A stretch of DNA of 32,000 nt from contig NC_012803.1 of NCBI RefSeq assembly GCF_000023205.1, positions 2,430,001 to 2,462,000 of the forward strand, in the 5' to 3' direction. Shown here one piece after another: positions 17,200-24,379 of the stretch. How positions within the stretch are numbered: the first letter of the stretch is position 1; the number at the start of each line of letters is the position of its first letter. The notes beneath the pieces were generated by a model, which was not told where the DNA came from, made no database searches, and was given only the letters and a program-made list of their open reading frames with translations. Both the position numbers and the translations under genes were made by a program. Source of the DNA: Micrococcus luteus NCTC 2665. GTDB taxonomy: Bacteria; Actinomycetota; Actinomycetes; Actinomycetales; Micrococcaceae.

Positions 17200-17964
17200 C
17201 GGGGCCCCCGCTCCCAGCAGCCCGGCCACCCCGCGGGCCGCGGGCGGGGCCAGGTGCACGGCGCGCACGACGGTGAACGCGGTCAGCACGGAGACGAACG
17301 CCCATTCCCGCCAGGACCCGGTGGTGCCGAGCAGGGGGAGCCGGAACCGCCCGCCCGGCTGCCAGCACCAGAGGCGGCAGGGCGGGTCCGGCCGGAGGGG
17401 CCAGAGCAGGGCCACGCCGTTGTTGGTGAGGGCGTCGCCGAGGATGTGCACGGTCACCCCGATCGCCACGGACGCGGGGATCCACCACAGCCCGTCCCCC
17501 AGGACGGTGCCCAGCACCGCGGCGACGACGCCCAGCGCCCACGCGGACACCCGCCCGCCCCGCGGCAGCAGGCGCAGCGCCGTGGCGGCGACCGCCACGA
17601 GGAACGCGGCGATGACGCCCTGACCGACGCCGTAGGTGAGCCCGGCCACCGGCACCTGAATGGCCGCGGCGGCGACCGACAGCGCGGTGAACACGGCGAT
17701 CCCCGCCAGCGAGTGCGTGCCCCTCCGGTGCCCGCCGGCCACCCTGCGGATGCCGCGCGCCATCAGCTCGGTCACGGGCGGCAGGGCGTGGGCGATGGTG
17801 GCGCGCGGGTGGTCCCAGTCGCTGATCAGAGCGGCCCCGGCGGTGGTGAGCGCGCCGAGCAGCTGCAGCTCCGGGGGCAGGTGCAGGGACGCGATCGGCG
17901 ACGCCGGGCCGGTCAGCGCCAGCCAGGCCGCGGCGCCGGTCGCCGCGTGGGACGGACCCATCAT
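17194..17964 (-). CDS. YdjM-like membrane-bound metal-dependent hydrolase (DUF457 family)
   Basis: ORF 17194..18147(-). The start is set at the ATGATG at 17964, with a GAGAGGA Shine-Dalgarno. It has multiple TM segments and the HRRGTHSL motif typical of the YdjM family. Its 3' end overlaps the jetD 3' end by 6 nt, and the two genes are convergent. Confidence 0.75.
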   Translation of the reverse strand: MMGPSHAATGAAAWLALTGPASPIASLHLPPELQLLGALTTAGAALISDWDHPRATIAHALPPVTELMARGIRRVAGGHRRGTHSLAGIAVFTALSVAAAAIQVPVAGLTYGVGQGVIAAFLVAVAATALRLLPRGGRVSAWALGVVAAVLGTVLGDGLWWIPASVAIGVTVHILGDALTNNGVALLWPLRPDPPCRLWCWQPGGRFRLPLLGTTGSWREWAFVSVLTAFTVVRAVHLAPPAARGVAGLLGAGAPS

Positions 17965-18143
17965 GGGTGGGGTCCTCTCGTTCGCAGGACCGGGCCGCGT
18001 CACCGCGCCTGCGAGGGCCGGCGGGCGGCCCGCGGGGAAGGAAGAGGACCAGGGTGGCAGGCGGGGCGGACACGGTAAGGAGGCCGCCGCGGCCGGAGCG
18101 GGTCGAGGCGGCTGCCCGGCCGGGGGGGCGGCCGCCCGGCCCC

Positions 18144-18878
18144 TCACCCCGTCATCGCCAGCACCAGCGGGGCCAGCAGGGCGGTGAGCACGCCGGAGCA
18201 GGCCATGGCGAGGGCGGAGAACGCACCGGTCTTCGGCCCCTCGGCGAGGGCGCGGGCGGTGCCGATGCCGTGGGAGCTCACGCCGATGGCCAGGCCACGC
18301 ACGCGGGGGTCGCGCACGCGCAGCCGGTCGAGCACCCAGGGGGCGAGCACGGCGCCGAGCACGCCGGTGAGCACGGGGAGCACGGCGGCGAGGGAGACGA
18401 TCCCGCCGCCGGCGTCGGCCACCGCCATGGCGATCGGCGTCGTCGCGGACTTGGGGGCGAACGTGGCGGCCAGCGCGGCGTCCCCGCCCATCGCCCGCAC
18501 GATCAGCACGGCGCTCACCATGGCGGTCAGCGAGCCGACGGTGACCCCGACGGCAACCGGCAGCAGCAGCTTCCGGATGTCAGGGCCGGCCCGGTACAGG
18601 GGGACGGCGAGCGCCACGGTGGCGGGGCCCAGCAGGAAGGTGAGGTAGCTGCCGCCGATCATGTAGGTCTCGTAGTCGATGCCGGTCAGGGCCAGGAACG
18701 CGGCCACCAGCACGATCGTCACGAGCACGGGCGTGAGCAGGGCGGTCTGCCCGGCGGCGAGCCACAGGCGGCGGGAGAGCACGGCGACGGCGAGGGTCAG
18801 CGCGATGCCGAACAGCGGTGTGTGCAGGAGCGCGTCCCAGGCCTCGGCGAGGGAGTCGGTGAGTTCGGCGGCGTTCAT
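18144..18878 (-). CDS. lrgB: LrgB-family membrane protein
   Basis: 244 aa from ATG 18878 (MNAAELTDSLAEAWDALLHTPLFGIALTL...). The polytopic LrgB-like sequence includes PKSATTPIAMAV. ATGA overlap with lrgA. Confidence 0.9.
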   Translation of the reverse strand: MNAAELTDSLAEAWDALLHTPLFGIALTLAVAVLSRRLWLAAGQTALLTPVLVTIVLVAAFLALTGIDYETYMIGGSYLTFLLGPATVALAVPLYRAGPDIRKLLLPVAVGVTVGSLTAMVSAVLIVRAMGGDAALAATFAPKSATTPIAMAVADAGGGIVSLAAVLPVLTGVLGAVLAPWVLDRLRVRDPRVRGLAIGVSSHGIGTARALAEGPKTGAFSALAMACSGVLTALLAPLVLAMTG

Positions 18879-19237
18879 TGTGCGTCCTCCTTGTCCGTGA
18901 GGCGGCGGGCGAGCGGGGCCGCGACGCCGGCGGTGACCACCAGCCCCAGCAGCCAGGGCACCACGAAGCCGACCAGCATCAGCGCCCGGTGTTCCCCGAT
19001 GAGGCCCAGCACCGCGACGACGCCGACGCCCGCCGGGACGAACAGCAGCGGCAGGTGCTGGAGCAGGTGATGGCTCGCCGTCATCACCGGCGCGTCCTCG
19101 GCCGGCCGGCGCCACGCGAGCAGGCCGAGCAGCAGGAGCATGCCCAGCACGGCCCCGGGGATCGGCAGGTGCAACGTGTCGGCCACGAGCGTGCCCGCCA
19201 GCTGGCAGAGCAGCAGGATCAGCAGGCCCTCGATCAT
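18875..19237 (-). CDS. lrgA: CidA/LrgA-family membrane protein
   Basis: 120 aa with four TM segments (MIEGLLILLLCQLAGTLVADTLHLPIPGAVLGMLLL...LFVPAGVG). ATGA overlap with the upstream gntR-family gene. Confidence 0.85.
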   Translation of the reverse strand: MIEGLLILLLCQLAGTLVADTLHLPIPGAVLGMLLLLGLLAWRRPAEDAPVMTASHHLLQHLPLLFVPAGVGVVAVLGLIGEHRALMLVGFVVPWLLGLVVTAGVAAPLARRLTDKEDAQ

Positions 19238-19941
19238 CGGGGTTCACCTGCCTCGGACGGGCCCACGGGGGGCAGGCCGGGGACGACGCCGGTCCCCGCG
19301 GCGTCGAGGTGCGCCTGCAGGGCGCGCTGGGCGTCTGCGGCGCGCCCGGCGGCCAGCTGGGCGCAGATCTCGGCGTGCCCATCGAGGAGGCGGCGGGCGG
19401 CGTCGACGGATCCGCCGGTGGCGGCGTGGATGAGGCGGGCCAGGCGGGGGGCGAAGGTGCGCACGACCTCGTCGAAGGCGGCGTTGCCGCACGTGGCGAT
19501 CACGTCCCGGTGGAACCGCACGTCCAGCGCGGAGAACGCCGCGAGGTCGCCGGCGTCCAGGGCGGCGCGCTGCTGCTCCAGGTTGGCGGTGAGCGTGGCG
19601 ACGAGGGGCCCGACGGCGTCGGGCCGCGCGGCGACCGTGGCGAGGGCGGTGGACTCGAGGAGGCCGCGCAGGGCCGTGAGGTCGGCCACGCTCTGCGGCG
19701 TGAGGGCCTGCACGGCCGCGCCCTTCTTGGGGAGGAGCCGCACCAGGCCCCAGCGCTCGAGCTGGAGGAGGGCCTCCCGGGCCGGCGTCCGGGAGATGCC
19801 GGCCTCCGTGGAGAGCTGGACCTCGGTGAGCATCTCCCCCGCGGCGATCTCACCGCGGACGATGCGCCAGGCGACGTCGTGGGCCAGGCGGCCGGCAGCC
19901 GTGGCACGACTGCCCCATAAGGGGTCGGAGAGTGGAGTCAT
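19234..19941 (-). CDS. GntR-family (FadR/FCD subfamily) transcriptional regulator
   Basis: ORF 19234..20022(-), start set at ATG 19941 (MTPLSDPLWG). The wHTH is EVQLSTEAGISRTPAREALLQLERWGLV, followed by a helical FCD-like C-terminal domain. It is the first gene of the gntR-lrgA-lrgB operon. Confidence 0.85.
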   Translation of the reverse strand: MTPLSDPLWGSRATAAGRLAHDVAWRIVRGEIAAGEMLTEVQLSTEAGISRTPAREALLQLERWGLVRLLPKKGAAVQALTPQSVADLTALRGLLESTALATVAARPDAVGPLVATLTANLEQQRAALDAGDLAAFSALDVRFHRDVIATCGNAAFDEVVRTFAPRLARLIHAATGGSVDAARRLLDGHAEICAQLAAGRAADAQRALQAHLDAAGTGVVPGLPPVGPSEAGEPR

Positions 19942-19948
19942 GCGCGCC

Positions 19949-19969
19949 AGAATAATCAGATGCATGCAT
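19949..19969 (-). promoter_or_regulatory. AT-rich candidate promoter/operator of gntR-lrgAB: TATTCT -10 located 7 nt from the ATG, plus a 10-nt perfect palindrome atgcatgcat
   Basis: On the minus strand TATTCT is at 19954-19949 and the ATG at 19941, which suggests a leaderless mRNA. The palindrome is at 19960-19969. The AT-rich patch 19949-19987 is conspicuous in this GC-rich window. Confidence 0.3.
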
Positions 19970-20084
19970 GGATGTATGTATTGTGTCGGACTCGGAAGGC
20001 GCCCGGGTGGGGAGGGGCACAAGGTGCCGGCGCCTGTCGAAGCGGGCCTGCGGAGCGGCTGTCAGCCGAGTTCTGTGCCGGTCA

Positions 20085-20315
20085 GGGGTGCGCAGGGAGG
20101 GCGCGGTTGCGGGCGGCCCCGCCCCTGACTGGCCGTTGCGCACCGCGCGGCTGACGCTGCGCCCGTACCGGGAGGACGGCCTCGCCGGCCCTGCCGGATC
20201 GGTGTCCCAGCTGGACCTGGGGTTCGAGACGTACGGCCTGCACCGGGTGGTGGCGCAGATGGACGCCCGCAACCCGACGCCCGCCCGGATGGCCGGGACA
20301 CTACACGCGGCATGA
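20085..20315 (+). pseudogene. Remnant of the C-terminal half of a tandem-GNAT gene (internally deleted, 3'-divergent)
   Basis: The translation GGPAPDWPLRTARLTLRPYREDG...LDLGFETYGLHRVVAQMDARN is colinear with GGRAPDWPLPTARLTLRPHREDD...LDLGFETSGLHRVVAQMDARN of the intact gene at 22020..23162. Roughly 90 codons are missing in the middle. Confidence 0.6.
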
Positions 20316-20344
20316 GGCTGGTCAGCCCGGTAGTCCACACCCGG

Positions 20345-21565
20345 TCAACCCCGCCGGCCCGCACGCGCGGCGAACTCGTCCAGACAGGCGAGCACCTCGG
20401 TGGCCAGCCACACCCGGTTCCGACGCTGAGCGGACGCGGCCTGCAGAGCGCCGGCCTCGACAAGCTGGTCCACGGCCCGCTGGGCGGCCGGGCGCGAGAC
20501 ACCCAGCGCCTGGGCCAGATGGTCCACGGTCACGGCCGGTTGCGCGATGATCACCGCGAGCGCCCGCCAGACCGCCGCGTCCCGCCGGGCGGTGAGCCGC
20601 TCGCGCCAGCCGGTCAGGGCCTCGTCCAGGTCCGCGACGAGCTCTCGGCCGTTGCCGACGGCGGCCAGGGCGGCCTGTGCGAAGCGGCGCACGATGGGCG
20701 CGGGGTCGCCGTCGCGGTAGGCGGTGAGGGCGTCGAAGTATCCGGCCGTGTCCGTGAGGAGTCCCGCGGAGAGGGGCACCCCCATGCGGGTGATCGCGCC
20801 GGCCCGGTGCAACACGGCGTGCACGAGGACCCGCCCGGTGCGGCCGTTGCCGTCCGCGAACGGGTGGATGGTCTCGAACTGGGCGTGCGCGATGGCGGCC
20901 TGCACGAGGGCGGGCACGTCCGTGCGTCGCAGATAGGCGAAGAGATCGTCCATCCCGGCACGCAGGCGCTCCGGGTGGGGCGGGACGAACTGCGCCGTGT
21001 GCGGCGTGGGCGCCCCGCCCCCGATCCACCCCTGCACGTCGCGGTAGGCGCCCGGCCGGGCATGCTCCTGACCGTCCATGAGGGCACGATGGGCGGCCAG
21101 CAGGGCGGGCTCTTCCAGGTCGGCGGCCAGCCGGGAAGCAGCGCCCATGGCCCTCACGTTCGCCGCCACGAGCGCTGTGTTCGGGCGGGTGCGTTCGCCG
21201 AGAGTCGCCAGGGCGAGGGCTCGCGCGCCCGCCGTGATGTGCTCGATCTGTGAGGAGGACGCGGACTCAGTGCGCAGGAGCACCGCGTCGATCGGGGCGA
21301 TCTCTCCCGTGAGCCCCGGGAGGGCGTGGCTGATCTCGGCGTCGAAGCGCACGACGGCGGCCGTCGCCTCCTCGACCTCGGTCGCCAGATCAGAGGGCAG
21401 GTCGAGCCCGAGTCGGGCGATACGGGCCGGGAGCGCGGCTCGATATGGGCCTGCTGCACGCACGCGAGCGCTGCGGGAGCGCAGCCCGGCGTCATCCGGG
21501 CCCGCGGCCCAGGGGCGCTCTTCCCAGCCGACGGCCCACGGGGTCGGGCGCGGATCGTTGCTCAT
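20345..21565 (-). CDS. Fic-family protein (probable AMPylase/adenylyltransferase) with C-terminal winged-helix domain
   Basis: 406 aa.
- Canonical Fic motif HPFADGNGRTGR.
- N-terminal inhibitory-helix-like motif SSSQIEH.
- C-terminal HTH-like LAQALGVSRPAAQRAVDQLVEAGAL.
- AAGGTGG Shine-Dalgarno before the ATG at 21565. Confidence 0.9.
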   Translation of the reverse strand: MSNDPRPTPWAVGWEERPWAAGPDDAGLRSRSARVRAAGPYRAALPARIARLGLDLPSDLATEVEEATAAVVRFDAEISHALPGLTGEIAPIDAVLLRTESASSSQIEHITAGARALALATLGERTRPNTALVAANVRAMGAASRLAADLEEPALLAAHRALMDGQEHARPGAYRDVQGWIGGGAPTPHTAQFVPPHPERLRAGMDDLFAYLRRTDVPALVQAAIAHAQFETIHPFADGNGRTGRVLVHAVLHRAGAITRMGVPLSAGLLTDTAGYFDALTAYRDGDPAPIVRRFAQAALAAVGNGRELVADLDEALTGWRERLTARRDAAVWRALAVIIAQPAVTVDHLAQALGVSRPAAQRAVDQLVEAGALQAASAQRRNRVWLATEVLACLDEFAARAGRRG

Positions 21566-21575
21566 GCCGCCACCT

Positions 21576-21605
21576 TACGCAACGTTATGTCTAGAGCGTT
21601 GCGTA
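21576..21605. promoter_or_regulatory. 9-bp inverted repeat (tacgcaacg-N12-cgttgcgta) immediately 5' of the Fic gene ribosome-binding site
   Basis: Read directly from the sequence, in a relatively AT-rich stretch. In the mRNA sense the 3' arm ends 2 nt upstream of the AAGGTGG Shine-Dalgarno. Confidence 0.4.
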
Positions 21606-21633
21606 CTTCTGGGCGTCGTGAGGTGGAAAGCCG

Positions 21634-21966
21634 TCAGCCCCGGGCCCGATGCTCCGAGGCGAGCATCGCGTAAGTGACGCCGTCCACCCAGCCGCGGGTG
21701 CGGTGCAGTGACTCCTCCTTGAAGGTGCCCTCGTGGCGCAGGCCGACCTTCTCCATCACGCGCAGGATGGGCGCGTTGTCCGCGAAGGCGTGAGCCTCCA
21801 CGGGTCGGACGCCGAGGCCTGCGAAGGCGAGGTCCAGCAGGGCACAGGCCAGCTCGGTGGCGCGGCCCCGGCCGGCGTGGGCCTGGGCTATGGTCCAGCC
21901 GATCTCGGCCTGCGCGTCCCGGGCTTCCTCGCGCGGTGCGCCGCGAGGTCGAGGAGGGGCGTGGCC
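21634..21966 (-). pseudogene. 5'-truncated GNAT (RimJ/RimL-like) acetyltransferase fragment, inverted relative to the neighbouring GNAT genes
   Basis: This minus-strand frame is not listed in the ORF track because it has no start codon. It reads ...EEARDAQAEIGWTIAQAHAGRGRATELACALLDLAFAGLGVRPVEAHAFADNAPILRVMEKVGLRHEGTFKEESLHRTRGWVDGVTYAMLASEHRARG-stop. An in-frame TGA lies just upstream and there is no ATG or GTG before the conserved core. Confidence 0.55.
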
Positions 21967-22019
21967 ATGGGGTCACGGCAACGGGCGGCGGTGACGTCCC
22001 CTCCCCTACTCTCGGCCCC

Positions 22020-23162
22020 ATGGACGTCACCTTCACTCCACTCGACCCGGCAGGCGCCGACCGGGACGCGCTCGTCGCCCTGCTCACCGAGAACGCGTGG
22101 CCGTTCCACACGCGCCCGCACGTCACCCGGCCGGAGGCGGAGGAGGCCGTCGACGGCGGCGCCTGGGAGGATGAGGACCACCGCACCTTCTGGATCGAGC
22201 ATCCCGAGCACGGCCGCGTCGGCGTGGTGCGCCTGGAGGACCTTACCGACCCCACCCCCTTGTTCGACCTGCGCGTGGCGGAGCTGTTCCGCGGGCGCGG
22301 GCTCGGCGCGCAGATCCTCACCGCGCTCACCCGGCGCGTCTTCGAGACGATGCCCGCGGTGGACCGCTTCGAGGGCCAGACCCGCGAGGACAACGTCCCC
22401 ATGCTGCGCACCTTCCGCCGGGCCGGCTGGGTCAAGGAGGCGCACTACCGGCGCGGCTGGCCCGTGGACGGCGGCGAGCCGCTCGCGTCCGTGGCCTACG
22501 CAATGTTGCGCCAGGACTGGGCGTCCGGCACGACGACGCCGGTCCCCGCCGACGTCGACGCCCCGCCTCCGGCGGGGCGCAAGGAGGGCGCGGCTGCGGG
22601 CGGCCGCGCCCCTGACTGGCCGTTGCCCACCGCGCGGCTGACGCTGCGGCCGCACCGGGAGGACGACCGCGGCTGGTTGCAGGAGATGTACACGCAGCCC
22701 GAGGTGGTGCACCACCTGCTGGACGAGCCCTGGGACGAGGCGACCGCGCGGGAGAAGCTGGCCAAGCGGATCACGTGGGACGACCTCGGAGGCCCGTCCG
22801 GGGCGGTGTCCCTGGTGGTGGAGCACGCGGGCGTCCCCGTGGGTGACGTGATCCTGTGGCTGACGGACCGCGAGCGCGGTGTCGCGGAGATCGGCTGGGC
22901 TCTGGATCCGCGGCATGCTGGTCAGGGCTTCGCCCGGGAGGCCGCGGCTGCGCTGCTGGACCTGGGGTTCGAGACGTCTGGCCTGCACCGGGTGGTGGCA
23001 CAGATGGATGCCCGCAACACGGCGTCCGCCCGACTGGCCGAGACGCTCGGTATGCGTCGAGAGGCACACCACCGCCAGAACTGGTGGAGCAAGGGCGAGT
23101 GGACGGACACCCTCGTCTACGCGATGCTCGCGAGCGACCGGGGGGTGAGGGGCCATCTATGA
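22020..23162 (+). CDS. Tandem (two-domain) GNAT N-acetyltransferase, intact paralogue
   Basis: ORF 21936..23162(+). The start is set at ATG 22020 (MDVTFTPLDPAG) by colinearity with the gene at 9792. There are two GNAT cores (RGRGLG and HAGQGFA) joined by a Pro/Ala-rich linker. Confidence 0.85.
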   Translation: MDVTFTPLDPAGADRDALVALLTENAWPFHTRPHVTRPEAEEAVDGGAWEDEDHRTFWIEHPEHGRVGVVRLEDLTDPTPLFDLRVAELFRGRGLGAQILTALTRRVFETMPAVDRFEGQTREDNVPMLRTFRRAGWVKEAHYRRGWPVDGGEPLASVAYAMLRQDWASGTTTPVPADVDAPPPAGRKEGAAAGGRAPDWPLPTARLTLRPHREDDRGWLQEMYTQPEVVHHLLDEPWDEATAREKLAKRITWDDLGGPSGAVSLVVEHAGVPVGDVILWLTDRERGVAEIGWALDPRHAGQGFAREAAAALLDLGFETSGLHRVVAQMDARNTASARLAETLGMRREAHHRQNWWSKGEWTDTLVYAMLASDRGVRGHL

Positions 23163-23227
23163 CGACGAACGGACTTCTACGCTCACCCCATGTAGCTCGA
23201 GACCGTGAGGGGATGGACTCGTGAGGC

Positions 23228-23677
23228 TCACCAGGTGCGCGGACCGAGATCCTCGAGGATCTCCAGGTCGAGAAGCCACTCGTCAGGGCGGGGAGTCTCG
23301 GGGAGCACCGGCTCGTAGGCGCCGACGTAGACGACCTCCCCCAAGCCGAGGCCGGTGGCCTCCTCCGGCTCCAGGATCGTCAGGTCAGCGTGGCCGGGGA
23401 CGCGGTCGATCTCGGCGAGCCGCCCCGAGGGCCACACCTCGTGTACCGCCCTCACAACGGCCCGCACACGACGCAACGGGATCGACCCGGCGGGGCTGCC
23501 GTCGTCGTGATAGGTGACGACCCAGCCTGCAGAGGCCAGGGGCCCAGCCTGACTCACTCCCCGGGAGGGCAGCAGGATCAGCTCGTGGACTTCCCCCACG
23601 GCGATCGAGTCACCGCAGCATTCCTGCTCCCAGTCCGAGAGCGAGGCGCGGCCGACGGCGCCGACGGTGATGTCCAT
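23228..23677 (-). CDS. Hypothetical protein with a W-x3-CCG motif (tentatively DUF6578-like)
   Basis: ORF 23228..23704(-). The likely start is ATG 23677 (MDITVGAVGRASLSDWEQECCGDSI). No confident family assignment. Confidence 0.5.
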   Translation of the reverse strand: MDITVGAVGRASLSDWEQECCGDSIAVGEVHELILLPSRGVSQAGPLASAGWVVTYHDDGSPAGSIPLRRVRAVVRAVHEVWPSGRLAEIDRVPGHADLTILEPEEATGLGLGEVVYVGAYEPVLPETPRPDEWLLDLEILEDLGPRTW

Positions 23678-23812
23678 GGTCGGAGTGTAGGGGCGGGGCC
23701 TCACCCGAGGGCGCGCGGGGCGTCTTCACCGGTGATGCTGGGGATTGGACTTGAGGCCAGGCGAGTGAAGGCCCGGACAACTCACCCTCACCGCGTACAT
23801 AGGATCGACGCC

Positions 23813-24088
23813 ATGACGCGAACGGGAGCCTTCACCATCGCGGGACTGGCCGCCTTCGCTATCTCCACCGGCATCCTCGTTCTCCTGCTGATCACGGGCT
23901 CGGAGACGCCTCGGGAGACGCTGGCCTTCTTCGCCCTGATCATCGGCTGCTACGCACTGTCCGCGCTCTGCTTCACTGCGGCGAAACGCGTTCTACTGGC
24001 GCTGCTGTCCGGCGCGCTGGCTGTCGTCAGCTTCCCGCTCGCCCTGTTCATCGGGTACGTCGTGGAGATGCTCCAGAGCCAGCAGTGA
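23813..24088 (+). CDS. Small hypothetical membrane protein (about 3 TM segments)
   Basis: 91 aa from ATG 23813 inside ORF 23390..24088 (MTRTGAFTIAGLAAFAISTGILVLLLITG...). It is strongly hydrophobic and has lower GC than its surroundings. Confidence 0.5.
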   Translation: MTRTGAFTIAGLAAFAISTGILVLLLITGSETPRETLAFFALIIGCYALSALCFTAAKRVLLALLSGALAVVSFPLALFIGYVVEMLQSQQ

Positions 24089-24379
24089 CACCGCCCGGGG
24101 CGCGCGTCACCCGGGGCGCGCCGCCCTCGCTCCAGCGGAACAGGGTGAGGTGCCACAGTCCGGGGACCGTGCGAGACGGGCCACCTCCACGCGCACCGAC
24201 GTGGCCCTGTGCGAGCGGCTCGGGTTCCGCGAGACCGTACCCGGCGCGTGGGCACCCGCGACCCGGGAGTGACATCATGGACCTCGGCTCGCGCTGATAC
24301 CGGATCTCGTGATGTGACACCAGGTATCGTGAGCCACGCCACTACACTGTGCCTCCACCGATAAAGGAGCAACCCCTCC

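Noticed and set aside
16937-18073. 378-aa minus-strand ORF, and other Arg/Pro-rich ORFs spanning the jetD / ydjM region (for example 16330..17127(-) and 17254..18078(+))
   Set aside because: Their low-complexity composition is typical of wrong-frame translation of GC-rich DNA. They conflict with the Toprim-bearing jetD frame and the multi-TM, HRRGTHSL-bearing YdjM frame.
18144-19237. LrgA/LrgB as holin-antiholin cell-death effectors working with the adjacent defence system (abortive infection)
   Set aside because: They form their own ATGA-coupled operon with a FadR-type GntR regulator on the opposite strand from jetABCD. LrgAB/CidAB-family proteins are now established as small carboxylate (for example pyruvate) transporters. 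Nothing in the sequence links them functionally to Wadjet.
10313-20080. Possible direct repeats (target-site duplication) at the edges of the 9.8-kb block: gtgccg at 10313-10318 and at 20075-20080
   Set aside because: A 6-nt match in 70%-GC DNA is expected by chance. I found no longer direct or inverted terminal repeats, att-like sites, integrase or tRNA. The mechanism of insertion therefore stays open, and I do not call the block a defined mobile element.
21575-22435. 286-aa minus-strand ORF, and the 422-aa ORF 21888..23156(-)
   Set aside because: Both are off-frame or antisense shadows. The credible signals here are the start-less GNAT fragment in a different minus frame (21634-21966) and the plus-strand tandem-GNAT gene.
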